56,847 nt of DNA from Nitrospirota bacterium (GTDB taxonomy: Bacteria > Nitrospirota > Thermodesulfovibrionia > UBA6902 > JACROP01), in NCBI GenBank assembly GCA_016214385.1, contig JACROP010000108.1, positions 1-56,847 of the forward strand, in the 5' to 3' direction. The stretch's first letter is position 1, and each line of letters opens with the position of its first letter. The notes beneath the pieces are model-generated. The model saw nothing but the letters and a program-made list of their open reading frames with translations. It searched no databases and had not been told where the DNA came from. This document shows, piece by piece, positions 28,669 to 38,163 of the stretch. Position numbers and translations under genes: made by a program.

Positions 28669-28741
28669 GTCATTCCCGCGAAGGCGGGAATCCAGAAAAA
28701 TAAAGTAAAAACTACTGGATTCCTGCTTCCGCAGGAATGAC
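28669..28741. repeat. GTCATTCC palindromic repeat (MITE/REP-like), copy A
   Basis: 'GTCATTCCCGCGAAGGCGGGAATCCAG...CTGGATTCCTGCTTCCGCAGGAATGAC'. Outer matching ends are 'tgtccg' (28635) and 'cggaca' (28805). Confidence 0.8.
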
Positions 28742-28883
28742 GCAAAAATGTCTTTAAACATGATTTATAAAAATGTGTATTATCAATAAGTTTATATAAT
28801 ATTTCGGACAGTAATGAAATTAGAGATAGAACTAAAAAAGCGGGGTAAAACTACTTCCCTATCTCTATTTTGGGATAAAAACT

Positions 28884-31493
28884 CTAAATCGGGAATTTTT
28901 CCCTTACAAACTTTATCTCTTCTTCTTTGCTTTTAATCTGCCCCTCAAGTCTGGCCTCGAGGATTCCTTTCAGTATTTTGTTATAGAGCGGGCCTGGCGG
29001 GTATCCCATCTGCCTCAGGTCTTTTCCTGTGATGGCTGTTTTTATTTTTCTCAATTCAGTTAGATACAGGGATATGGCCTTTTTCTGCTCTTTCTCTTTT
29101 GCCTTTGCCATTGCAAAGAGGATGGCTTCAAGGCTAAGGGGCTGTAAGGTATAATAAATTCCTTTTGGTTCTGCCTTCAGAGTTCGCAGTGCTTCTTTTG
29201 ACTGCCTCAGCCCTGCTATTATGTTTTCCTTTTCCCTGGGTGGGACGTAGAATCTTTGAAGTGCATCTTCTTGATCTTTTGCCTTCAGCCCCTCGATGAG
29301 GGCCATGAGAAAGAGGTGGCCTTTGTTGGGGGTTTCTTCAAAGAACAGGAGGTTAAACCATGTAAGTGTTTCCTGAAGGGATTCAAAGGTCTCTATCAGG
29401 GCTTTTGTCAATGAGAGATATGGGTGTATAAATTTAAGAAGGTCCATCTCTGACAGCCTCTTTATGGCCTTAGTTGGTTCTGTCTCAAGAAACAGGAGGT
29501 TAAGTTCGTCATAGAGCCTTGAGCCTGAAAGTTTTTCAAACAGGTTCATCTTTACTGCGGTTTTTATTAATGTCAATGTGTGTTTGCTTATTTTGAAGCC
29601 AAACCTCTCTGAAAACCTTATGGCCCTGAAGGCCCTTGTCGGGTCCTCGATGAAGCTCAGGTTGTGAAGGACCCTTATACCCTTTTCTCTCAAATCCCTC
29701 TGTCCCCCGAAGAAATCTAAGAGTTGTCCAAAGTCCCTCGGATTTAATTTTAAGGCGAGGGTGTTTATAGTGAAATCCCGCCTGTAGAGGTCTTTTTTTA
29801 TGGAAGACATTTCTACTTTTGGAAGGGCGCCAGGGAATTCGTAGTATTCAGTCCTTGCCGTGGCTATGTCTAATTTTCCTGCATGCGGGGTTATTACAAC
29901 AGCAGTGCCGAATCTCTTGTGACTCTTAACCCTTGCATTAAGTTTCTCTCCAAAGGCCTGGGCAAATGTTATGCCATCACCCTCGATGACAATATCAATA
30001 TCCAGGTTTGCCTCTCCTCTCAGGAGGTCCCTCACAGAGCCACCAACTACATAGGCAGAAAACCCGAGGGTTTCTGCAACTTCTCCTGCGAGTCTCAATA
30101 TGCGGAGGAGTTCTTCTGGAAATTTTTCCTCGAGGAGGGATGTAAGGTTTTTACCCATGGACGGTTTTTCTCTCGGTTGTTCTCCCTCAAGTCTGCTCTT
30201 TCTGAGCAGGTCCTCATAAATGGTCCTTAAGAGGTCTGTCCTCGTTATAGCACCTACAATCCTTTCGCCTTCGACCACTGGCATAAATCTCTGATTCTGC
30301 TCTATCATTAGTGATTCGATTTCTCTTATGGGTGTTTGCTGTGTCACGGTGAAGGAATCTGTAGTAGAAAACTCATAAACTTCGTTTTTTGCAAACCCAT
30401 GAAACAGGGCTTTTTCCACTATCTCTCTTGATATCAGGCCAAAGAAAGAGTCTCCCTTCATGACAGGCAGGACATTTACACCATACTGTGTCATTATTTG
30501 CTCTGCATCTTTCACAGTGCTATTGCACTGGATGCTCTTTACAGGGCGGGTCATAATGTCGCGGGCAGTTTTTTCAGGTTTGATTTTCTGTTTTAAAACC
30601 AACAGGAGTTTTTCCTCAGCAGTTTCCAGAGAGAGTTCATCTATAACTGCAGAAGATGCTGTTGAGTGTCCTCCTCCGCCAAAGCTCTGGGCAATTTCTC
30701 CGGCGTCCACCTCTGGCATGCGGCTCCTTGCAATTATGTGGATCCTATCCTCCATCCTGACAAGGAGGAAAAGGGCATCGATGTCTTCGATGTCCCTTAG
30801 TTTATGTGCCAGATAAGCAATATCCCCTAAATAATGCTCCCTCGATGCCTTTGAAACCTTTACCCTTATTCCGTGAATGACATAGTCTTTGGAAGACTGT
30901 ATCAGCTCGTTTAAGAGTTCTATTTCATCACTGCTCAACTCTCTGGTTATAAAGCTTGAGACTATATTCAGATTTGCCCCCCTTTTGAGTAAATATGCCG
31001 CTGCCATTAAGTCCCTTTCAGTTGTGGAAGAAAAAGTAAGGGAGCCTGTTTCTTCATAAACCCCTAAACACAGGATGGTTGCCTCAATAGGTGTTATTGC
31101 TATTTTTTTCTGTTTGAGCATCTCTGTAAAGATGGTTGCTGTGGCACCAATATTTTCGACTACCTCTTTCTGCCCCCGTATGTCATCAGCGGTGAAAGGA
31201 TGATGGTCATAGATGTGGATTTTCAACCCCTTTCTTTCTAAGATTTCAGAAAAGCGGCCAATCCTGTGTGGGTTTTTTGTATCGACAAGTATTAAAAGCC
31301 TGATATCATCGAGGTTGATGTCCTTAAGTTTTTTAATGTCCAGGGGTATTTGATGGGAAGATATAAAATCCCTTACACTCTTTTCCTGAGAGCCCGGGAA
31401 TACGACCAGCGCATCGGGGTAAAATTTTTTTGCTGCGAGCATTGAGGCAAGTGCATCAAAATCTGCGTTTATGTGGGTTGTGATTATATTCAT
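28884..31493 (-). CDS. DHH/DHHA1 - CBS pair - polyA polymerase / tRNA nucleotidyltransferase fusion protein
   Basis: 'HINADFDALAS', 'YDHH' and 'GGGGH' (DHH/DHHA1), two CBS motifs, and 'YVVGGSVRDLL...DIDIV' (PolA head domain). The likely start is the ATG at 31493; the track start is 31523. Confidence 0.85.
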   Translation of the reverse strand: MNIITTHINADFDALASMLAAKKFYPDALVVFPGSQEKSVRDFISSHQIPLDIKKLKDINLDDIRLLILVDTKNPHRIGRFSEILERKGLKIHIYDHHPFTADDIRGQKEVVENIGATATIFTEMLKQKKIAITPIEATILCLGVYEETGSLTFSSTTERDLMAAAYLLKRGANLNIVSSFITRELSSDEIELLNELIQSSKDYVIHGIRVKVSKASREHYLGDIAYLAHKLRDIEDIDALFLLVRMEDRIHIIARSRMPEVDAGEIAQSFGGGGHSTASSAVIDELSLETAEEKLLLVLKQKIKPEKTARDIMTRPVKSIQCNSTVKDAEQIMTQYGVNVLPVMKGDSFFGLISREIVEKALFHGFAKNEVYEFSTTDSFTVTQQTPIREIESLMIEQNQRFMPVVEGERIVGAITRTDLLRTIYEDLLRKSRLEGEQPREKPSMGKNLTSLLEEKFPEELLRILRLAGEVAETLGFSAYVVGGSVRDLLRGEANLDIDIVIEGDGITFAQAFGEKLNARVKSHKRFGTAVVITPHAGKLDIATARTEYYEFPGALPKVEMSSIKKDLYRRDFTINTLALKLNPRDFGQLLDFFGGQRDLREKGIRVLHNLSFIEDPTRAFRAIRFSERFGFKISKHTLTLIKTAVKMNLFEKLSGSRLYDELNLLFLETEPTKAIKRLSEMDLLKFIHPYLSLTKALIETFESLQETLTWFNLLFFEETPNKGHLFLMALIEGLKAKDQEDALQRFYVPPREKENIIAGLRQSKEALRTLKAEPKGIYYTLQPLSLEAILFAMAKAKEKEQKKAISLYLTELRKIKTAITGKDLRQMGYPPGPLYNKILKGILEARLEGQIKSKEEEIKFVREKFPI

Positions 31494-31558
31494 AACTGTA
31501 GTGGCGACCCTCTGTGGCCTCACACCAACCAGTCAGAGATTCGTACCGAACTTGCCGT

Positions 31559-32980
31559 CTATTTATTAAAGACTGCTACCTGGTCCCTTCCACTGGTTTT
31601 TGCCAGAAGGAGTGCATTATCAGCACATGAGATTAAAGCGTCAGGTGTATTAATATCTTCATGGGGGATGGTGGCAACACCAAGGCTTACTTTTAAGGTT
31701 TCCTTACCCCCGAGGGCATTGAATTCGTGGTTACTTATGCTGTGCCTTATCCTCTCAGCCTCTGCTACAGCGCCATCTCTTGTTGTGTTGGGCAGCAGAA
31801 TGATGAATTCCTCGCCTCCATATCTCGCGAGGATATCACTTTCTCTGGTGTTCTTTTTTAAGAGCTGTGCAAATTCCCTCAGAACCCTATCCCCTGTTTT
31901 ATGCCCGTAAGTGTCATTTATGCGCTTAAAAAAATCTATATCGGCCATCATGCATGCGAGTGGAATTGTGTATCTCACGGCCCTGCTGAATTCCTCTTTA
32001 AGCCGATGATAGAAATACCGTATATTAAATACACCTGTCAGATAGTCTGTAATTGCAAGCTTTTCCAGGCGTGTTTTTTCTACCTCTGACTTTCCATAAA
32101 GAAGGGCATTGTGTAAGGCATTGGCAGAGGCGTTTGCAACAGCAGTGCAGAACTTTATTTCGTCCTTTGTAAAGGATTTTCCAGCGCGGGATGTTTTTAA
32201 AAATAGGGTTCCGATAAGCTCATCCTGGAAAATAATAGGCAGAACTATGATAGATTTTATTCCCAGCGGAGAGATAATATCCCTGACACTATGCATTAAA
32301 GGGTCTGTATTTACATCATTTATTATCACCGGCTCTTTTGATGTGAGTGCCTTTCTGATTTCAGGGTATTTTCTCAAATCAAGCTTTAGATCTTTAATCT
32401 TCGGGTCCTCAAAGGTTGCGATTACATGAACAGACTTGTTTTTACTATCTATGCGAAGAATAGAACACCGGATAACTGGCATTATTTCTGCAATCTTTTT
32501 TACTGTAAGGTAAAGGATTTTATCAGAGTCAAGACTGGAAGAGACAAGGGATGTTATCTCTATTATGTTCTCAAGATTCCACCTCTCCTTCCTGAGTGCC
32601 TTCAGCTTACTAACCGACTTCAGGACACCTTCTATCCTGAGTTTTAAATAAGCTGGTTTGCAGGGATAAATAATGAAATCTTCAACACCTGATTTAGATG
32701 CCCTTTCAATTATCCTGCCTGCATCTCCTTTCAAAACACCAACAACAGGGGGGTGCCCTTCAATGGCCTTAATAGCCTTTATTTTTTGCTTATCGAGCCC
32801 TTCAGGAAGACCAAGAAGTATGACATCAGGTTCGGAACGAATCTCCGACTGAGTATCTTTGATGTATTTTGAGGCCTCTCTTGAATTGGATACTATTTTT
32901 ATGGAGTATTCTTTCTTGCTCAGGGGTGATTCAATAGCTCCTGAGGTGGCTTGATTTGCGAGGACCAGGATTTTTTTCAT
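31559..32980 (-). CDS. Receiver-like - GAF - GGDEF diguanylate cyclase
   Basis: GGEEF active site with an RESD I-site 5 residues upstream and a central GAF domain. The N-terminal REC-like domain lacks the acidic pair ('ILVLANQ'). Confidence 0.85.
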   Translation of the reverse strand: MKKILVLANQATSGAIESPLSKKEYSIKIVSNSREASKYIKDTQSEIRSEPDVILLGLPEGLDKQKIKAIKAIEGHPPVVGVLKGDAGRIIERASKSGVEDFIIYPCKPAYLKLRIEGVLKSVSKLKALRKERWNLENIIEITSLVSSSLDSDKILYLTVKKIAEIMPVIRCSILRIDSKNKSVHVIATFEDPKIKDLKLDLRKYPEIRKALTSKEPVIINDVNTDPLMHSVRDIISPLGIKSIIVLPIIFQDELIGTLFLKTSRAGKSFTKDEIKFCTAVANASANALHNALLYGKSEVEKTRLEKLAITDYLTGVFNIRYFYHRLKEEFSRAVRYTIPLACMMADIDFFKRINDTYGHKTGDRVLREFAQLLKKNTRESDILARYGGEEFIILLPNTTRDGAVAEAERIRHSISNHEFNALGGKETLKVSLGVATIPHEDINTPDALISCADNALLLAKTSGRDQVAVFNK

Positions 32981-33092
32981 GCTAAACCTTTCATATCAAA
33001 CATATTTTACCAGAAAATATTTCAGGTTGACAAGTTTTTGAAAAATAAGCTATATTTGCTCGTTATCTTGTCAAAGGAAAAGGAGGGAAAAG

Positions 33093-33332
33093 ATGCCTGA
33101 TATCCAACCTGACGTAACATTAGATTGTAAGGGGCTTAGCTGCCCGATGCCTGTGCTAAAGGCAAAAAAGGCAATAGATGCTATGAAAACTGGACAGGTG
33201 TTACGCGTAGTGGCAACTGACCCAGGTTCAAAGGCCGACATTCCCGCTTTACTGAGAAGAACAGGCAATGAACTAATCGAAACAAAAGAAGAAGGCAATA
33301 CCTTTATTTTTTTGATAAAAAAGACGGTTTAA
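33093..33332 (+). CDS. tusA: TusA/SirA-family sulfur carrier
   Basis: 79 aa. 'LDCKGLSCPMPVLKAKKAI' CPxP motif. Confidence 0.88.
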   Translation: MPDIQPDVTLDCKGLSCPMPVLKAKKAIDAMKTGQVLRVVATDPGSKADIPALLRRTGNELIETKEEGNTFIFLIKKTV

Positions 33333-33598
33333 TTTGATAATTCCCTGTAGCTTGCTGCAGGGTAGTTCATTTAGCACTGATATTTCAGGAGTTTATAAAT
33401 AGATAAATTTTTCTAATTTGACCTCTTTTACAATGTAAATTTAAAATTAGCTGTTTGTTTAATATTTTGAATTTTGGGATTATTATTTCTTATGGAAAAA
33501 TCGCATCTGTGTTTTTCAATTGTCTTACTAACGGTTGCATATCCATGTCTTATTTAAAATTTAAGGGTCATGTCCAAATTAATGAAGATGGTAATATT

Positions 33599-33732
33599 AA
33601 TGTCCTATGTCTCCTGTGGTTGTCATTCCGCACTTGATGCGGAATCCAGTATTTTGTACGTCTCTGGATTCCCGTTCCCCGATTACTACCTTCGGGGACA
33701 AGCTTCACGGGAATGACGAAATATAGGACATT
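33599..33732. repeat. GTCATTCC palindromic repeat, copy B (composite/nested)
   Basis: Terminal inverted ends are 'AATGTCCTAT' and 'ATAGGACATT'. The inner sequence is 'GTCATTCCGCACTTGATGCGGAATCCAG ... CTGGATTCCCGT[tccccgattactaccttcgggga]...CACGGGAATGAC'. Confidence 0.8.
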
Positions 33733-33796
33733 TCTTATGCAGTTTTCAATAGTCGGAGAATTAAGAGGATTCAAGGGGTCAAGGGATAAATAAGTA

Positions 33797-33875
33797 ATAA
33801 ATCAAAATGCAAAATTCAAAATGCAAAATTAAGGAATTCCATTATTTTGATATTTGATTTTTGATTTTGCTTGAA
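33797..33875. repeat. Tandem-heptamer hairpin (CAAAATG/CAAAATT arms)
   Basis: 'atcaaaatgcaaaattcaaaatgcaaaatt' is opposed by 'attttgatatttgatttttgattttgc'. It lies about 60 nt upstream of the dsrA RBS. Confidence 0.7.
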
Positions 33876-33931
33876 CCCTTTTTAGCAATTTTTTGGGAGA
33901 AGAACCAAATTTAAGTTTAAGGAGGGCGTTT

Positions 33932-35113
33932 ATGAGTAAGAAGTATGACACACCGTTGTTGGATGAGCTGGAAAAAGGTCCGTGGCCGAGCTTTGTAAAA
34001 GAGATTAAGAAGGCCGCAAAAAAGAGTGAAAGAGCAGCAGATGAATTAGGCCAGGTTGAGAAGTCTTACAAAACAAAGAGAGGTTACTGGAAGCACGGTG
34101 GTATTGTTGGTGTCCTCGGCTACGGGAGCGGAGTTATCGGGAGATATTCTTCCCTGCCAGAAGAATTTCCCGGAGTGGCTCATTTCCATACCGTGAGAAT
34201 AAACCAGCCCAGTGGTTGGTTCTACACAACAAAGGCGTTAAGAGAGATGTGCGATATGTGGGATAAATATGGTAGCGGGCTTACTAACATGCATGGCTCC
34301 ACAGGTGACATGATACTTCTCGGCACGAATACAGAAAGTCTCGAGCCCATTTTTGCCGAGTTTTCATCCCGCGGATGGGATCTCGGCGGCTCTGGCTCTG
34401 CGATGAGGACTCCGAGCTGCTGTGTTGGTCCTGGCCGCTGTGAATGGGCGAATATAGATACCCTCGATATTAACTATGCCCTTACACAGGAATTTCAGGA
34501 TGAACTTCACAGACCGTCATTCGCGTATAAATTTAAAATAAAGACCGCAGGTTGTGCTGTTGACTGTATCGCCGCAATTGCACGTGCTGATTTATCTATT
34601 ATCGGGACATGGAAAGGCGATATAAAGATCGACCAGGCTGAAGTAAAGAACTATGCTAAAAATGGAATGGACATCAATGCCGAGATAGTTGATATGTGTC
34701 CAACAGGTTGCATGAGTTATGACGGTAAGAAACTAAAGATAGAAGATGAGGACTGTAACAGATGTATGCACTGTATAGCAAAGATGACAAAGGCCCTCAG
34801 GCCTGGCGATGAAAGGGGCGCAACCCTCCTTATCGGGAGTAAAGCCCCGATTGTTGTGGGCGCAATGCTTTCGTGGGTCGTTGTGCCATTCATAAAGCTT
34901 GAGCCTCCGTATCAAGAATTGAAGGACCTTATCCGCAAGATTTTAGAGTGGTGGGATGAGAACGGAAAGGCCAGGGAGAGGATAGGGGAGGTCATAGAAC
35001 ACAAAGGCATGAGGTCATTCCTTGAGTATGTTGGTCTTCCACCAGTTCCCCAGATGATTAAGGAACCGAGAAGAGACCCGTTCTTCTTCTGGGCAGAGAA
35101 AGATTTAAAATAA
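33932..35113 (+). CDS. dsrA: Dissimilatory sulfite reductase alpha subunit
   Basis: The start at 33932 follows AAGGAGGG. '[22 protein letters not shown]', siroheme/FeS Cys clusters ('[10 protein letters not shown]', 'CAVDC') and a ferredoxin insert ('CPTGCM...CNRCMHC'). Confidence 0.95.
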   Translation: MSKKYDTPLLDELEKGPWPSFVKEIKKAAKKSERAADELGQVEKSYKTKRGYWKHGGIVGVLGYGSGVIGRYSSLPEEFPGVAHFHTVRINQPSGWFYTTKALREMCDMWDKYGSGLTNMHGSTGDMILLGTNTESLEPIFAEFSSRGWDLGGSGSAMRTPSCCVGPGRCEWANIDTLDINYALTQEFQDELHRPSFAYKFKIKTAGCAVDCIAAIARADLSIIGTWKGDIKIDQAEVKNYAKNGMDINAEIVDMCPTGCMSYDGKKLKIEDEDCNRCMHCIAKMTKALRPGDERGATLLIGSKAPIVVGAMLSWVVVPFIKLEPPYQELKDLIRKILEWWDENGKARERIGEVIEHKGMRSFLEYVGLPPVPQMIKEPRRDPFFFWAEKDLK

Positions 35114-35136
35114 AAATCTTAAAGGAGGAATAATAA

Positions 35137-36207
35137 ATGTCATTACCACAGAGAAAAACAGATATAGGGCCGCCTCATTATAAGCAGTTTCTTCCACCTG
35201 TAATCCAGAAGAATTATGGCCAGTGGAAGTATCACGAAGTGCTGGACCCCGGAACAATGGTGCATGTGGCGGAAAGCGGTGATAAGATATACACCGTGAG
35301 AGTTGCATCGCCGAGGCTTTTAAGCACTGATACTATCCGTGAGATCAGCGATATTGCAGATAAATACTGCGAAGGCTATCTTCGCTTTACCAGCAGAAAC
35401 AACATAGAGTTTCTCGTATCAGATAAGAGTAAGGTTGAGCCTCTTAAAAAAGAACTCAAAGACAAAGGCTACACTGTTGGAGGTATAGGCCCGAGGGTGA
35501 GCAATGTTGTTCATACTCAGGGATGGATTCACTGTCACAGTGCCTGCACCGATGCCTCTGGTCTGGTAAAGGCCATGATGGATGAACTTTACGATTACTT
35601 TACTACAAAAGAGCTCCCTAACAAGGTGAGGCTGGCAGTGGCGTGCTGTGTTAATATGTGTGGAGCTGTTCATTGTTCAGACATAGCCATAGTCGCTGTT
35701 CACAGGAAAGTACCAACGATAGACCATGGAAGGTTAGCGAATGTGTGCGAAATCCCTACAACCATAGCGTCCTGCCCCACACATGCTATAAGCCCTGACC
35801 CTGCAAAGAAAAGTGTAAAGATTAATCCTGACAGGTGCATGTACTGCGGAAACTGCTTTACTGTCTGTCCGCCAATAGATATCCATGACCCTGAAAATGA
35901 TGGTGTTGCCATAGTGGTGGGTGGAAAGGTCGGCAGCCTGAGGAGCAATCCAAAATTCTCCAAGCTCGCAATTCCTTTCTTTTACAACGAACCTCCACGG
36001 TGGCCAAAGGTTGTTGCTGCTGTAAAGAACATCCTTGAAACTTATGCCAGGCATGCAAAGCAACATGAAAGGGTAGGCGAGTGGATAGAGAGAATTGGCT
36101 GGGAAAAGTTCTTCAAGCTTACAGGCATTGAGTTTACATTCCAGCATATTGACGATTTCAAATTTGCCCGTGAGACCTTCAGGACAGCGGCGACATTTAA
36201 ATGGTAA
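35137..36207 (+). CDS. dsrB: Dissimilatory sulfite reductase beta subunit
   Basis: '[13 protein letters not shown]', 'CHSACTD', '[13 protein letters not shown]' and 'CPTHAI...[12 protein letters not shown]'. Confidence 0.95.
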   Translation: MSLPQRKTDIGPPHYKQFLPPVIQKNYGQWKYHEVLDPGTMVHVAESGDKIYTVRVASPRLLSTDTIREISDIADKYCEGYLRFTSRNNIEFLVSDKSKVEPLKKELKDKGYTVGGIGPRVSNVVHTQGWIHCHSACTDASGLVKAMMDELYDYFTTKELPNKVRLAVACCVNMCGAVHCSDIAIVAVHRKVPTIDHGRLANVCEIPTTIASCPTHAISPDPAKKSVKINPDRCMYCGNCFTVCPPIDIHDPENDGVAIVVGGKVGSLRSNPKFSKLAIPFFYNEPPRWPKVVAAVKNILETYARHAKQHERVGEWIERIGWEKFFKLTGIEFTFQHIDDFKFARETFRTAATFKW

Positions 36208-36216
36208 ACTATAGTA

Positions 36217-36257
36217 GAGGTTGAGGTTGAGAGATACTTAACCTTAACCTCAACCTC
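36217..36257 (+). repeat. Tandem-heptamer hairpin between dsrB and dsrD
   Basis: 'gaggttgaggtt' (36217-36228) pairs perfectly with 'aacctcaacctc' (36246-36257). It lies immediately before the dsrD RBS AAGGAGG. Confidence 0.7.
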
Positions 36258-36274
36258 AATAAGGAGGTGGAGGG

Positions 36275-36520
36275 ATGGAGAAGGAAGAGATAAAACAGAA
36301 GATTTATGAATTATTAGAAAAATCAAAGGGCAAGAAAAAACTCAAAGAGAAAGATGTGATTAAAGCCATATCCGAGGAGACAGGAGTTGATAAGGACACT
36401 GTAAAGAAGGCTCTAAGAGAGATGATAGATGTTGGAAAAGTGATGTATTCGTATTCTGGCGGTGCCAGCTCTGTGGAGATCCCGAGTGAAGAGTACCTCA
36501 AAGAAAAAGGCCTTCTCTGA
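36275..36520 (+). CDS. dsrD: DsrD
   Basis: 81 aa, K/E-rich winged-helix-like, with a 'YSYSGGASS' motif analogous to the DsrD 'YWSSGSTT' motif. It lies directly after dsrB. Confidence 0.8.
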   Translation: MEKEEIKQKIYELLEKSKGKKKLKEKDVIKAISEETGVDKDTVKKALREMIDVGKVMYSYSGGASSVEIPSEEYLKEKGLL

Positions 36521-36568
36521 AGAAGTGAGAAGTGAGAACTTAACTTCCCATTTTCTACTTCCCACTTT
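36521..36568 (+). repeat. Tandem-heptamer hairpin between dsrD and dsrN
   Basis: 'gaagtgagaagtgagaac' is opposed by 'cttcccattttctacttcccacttt'. It is an imperfect stem, and the one mismatch checked in the best-matching stretch is A·C on the plus strand. Confidence 0.6.
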
Positions 36569-36571
36569 CAT

Positions 36572-38155
36572 ATGCTTAATTATTCAATTCCGAGGGTAGT
36601 TGTAGCAGGCCTCAGTGGCGGATGTGGTAAGACCATCCTTTCCATTGCCCTGATAGCGGCGTGGAGAAAAAAAGGCTTTAAAGTAGTCCCATTTAAGAAG
36701 GGGCCAGATTATATCGATGCGGGCTGGTTGGCCTCAGCAGCAGGCCAGCCCTGTTATAATCTGGACCCTTTTTTAATTGGTAAAGAGCAGCTTCTTTGTT
36801 CATTTGTAGAACACGCTTATGGAGCTCGGATTGCTGTTATTGAGGGCAACAGGGGCCTTTATGATGGTTTTGATGCTGAGGGCACTTACAGCACAGCCGA
36901 ACTTGCCAAATTGCTTCAAACACCTGTTATCGTAGTCATGGATTGCACAAAGGTAACACGCACTGCTGCTGCTCTGGTCCTGGGGCTCCAGAAATTTGAT
37001 CCATCAGTAAAGATTAAAGGTGTAATCTTGAATCAGGTTGCAGGTAAGCGACATGAATCTATATTGCGTGCAACAATAAATAAATACTGTAATGTGCCTG
37101 TATTGGGGGCTGTCCCAAAGCTGAAAGAGGCGACCTTGCCTGAGAGACATATGGGCCTTACCCCTTATCAGGAACACCCTGAAGTTGAAAAGGCTATTTC
37201 CGCTATCTTAGAGATAGCGCAGAATTATCTTGATTTAGATGAGATATGGAAGATTGCTAATGGGGCAGTGCCGCTTAAGGCAGAGACAAGAGACAAGAGA
37301 CAAGAGACCAATTCAGTGACAAGAGACAAGGGACAAGAGACAAGTAAATATAATAACTCGTCACTCGTCACTCGTCTCTCGTCTCTTGAAAAGTCACTCG
37401 TCACTCGTCACTCGTCTCTGGAAAAGTCACTCGTCTCTGAGCCTGCCCTGAGCCTGTCGAAGGGCCACTCGTCACTAAGAATCGGCGTTATCAAAGATAC
37501 TGCTTTCCAGTTTTATTATCCTGAAAACTTTGAGGAACTCGAAAGGCGTGGTGTCAGGATAGTTGAGATGAGTGCCCTAACAGAGAAAGAGCTTCCTGAC
37601 ATCGATGCCCTTTACATCGGTGGTGGTTTCCCTGAAACCCATGCAATAACCATTGCAGAGAATACTAATTTTCCAAACTCCCTGCGACAGGCCATTGAAA
37701 ATGGGCTCCCTGTTTATGCTGAGTGTGGAGGCTTGATGTATCTGGGGGAAAGCCTTGTATTAGAAAATAAAACATATCCTATGGCCGGTGTGCTGCCAGT
37801 GGTTTTCGGTCTGGAAAAGAGGCCCCAGGCACATGGATATTCAATAATAGAGGTAGATATGCCCAATCCATATTTTAGGACAGGCACTATTTTAAAAGGC
37901 CATGAATTTCATTATTCGAGTATTTTAGAGTTCAAAGAAAAAAATGGGGTATATACTGCTTTTAAAATGAAACGTGGACTTGGGATAATAGATAAAAGGG
38001 ATGGGTTGTGCTACAGGAATGTCTTAGCTACATATACCCATGTTCACGCCCTTGGGACGCCTGAATGGGTAGAGGGTATTATCAGCAGCGCAATAATGTA
38101 TAGAAAGCAAAGGAGTTTAGACGGTGGAGATAAAATTACTGAATTAACTAACTGA
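36572..38155 (+). CDS. dsrN: DsrN (cobyrinate a,c-diamide synthase-like amidase)
   Basis: CbiA ATPase domain ('GLSGGCGKT') and GATase domain ('AECGGLMYL'), downstream of dsrABD. A ~65-aa repeat-derived insert lies in the interdomain linker. Confidence 0.88.
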   Translation: MLNYSIPRVVVAGLSGGCGKTILSIALIAAWRKKGFKVVPFKKGPDYIDAGWLASAAGQPCYNLDPFLIGKEQLLCSFVEHAYGARIAVIEGNRGLYDGFDAEGTYSTAELAKLLQTPVIVVMDCTKVTRTAAALVLGLQKFDPSVKIKGVILNQVAGKRHESILRATINKYCNVPVLGAVPKLKEATLPERHMGLTPYQEHPEVEKAISAILEIAQNYLDLDEIWKIANGAVPLKAETRDKRQETNSVTRDKGQETSKYNNSSLVTRLSSLEKSLVTRHSSLEKSLVSEPALSLSKGHSSLRIGVIKDTAFQFYYPENFEELERRGVRIVEMSALTEKELPDIDALYIGGGFPETHAITIAENTNFPNSLRQAIENGLPVYAECGGLMYLGESLVLENKTYPMAGVLPVVFGLEKRPQAHGYSIIEVDMPNPYFRTGTILKGHEFHYSSILEFKEKNGVYTAFKMKRGLGIIDKRDGLCYRNVLATYTHVHALGTPEWVEGIISSAIMYRKQRSLDGGDKITELTN

Positions 38156-38163
38156 GGATCTGC

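Noticed and set aside
35734-36147. 137-aa and neighbouring minus-strand ORFs antisense to dsrB
   Set aside because: dsrB on the plus strand is unambiguous (siroheme and FeS Cys motifs). The antisense ORFs have no recognisable features.
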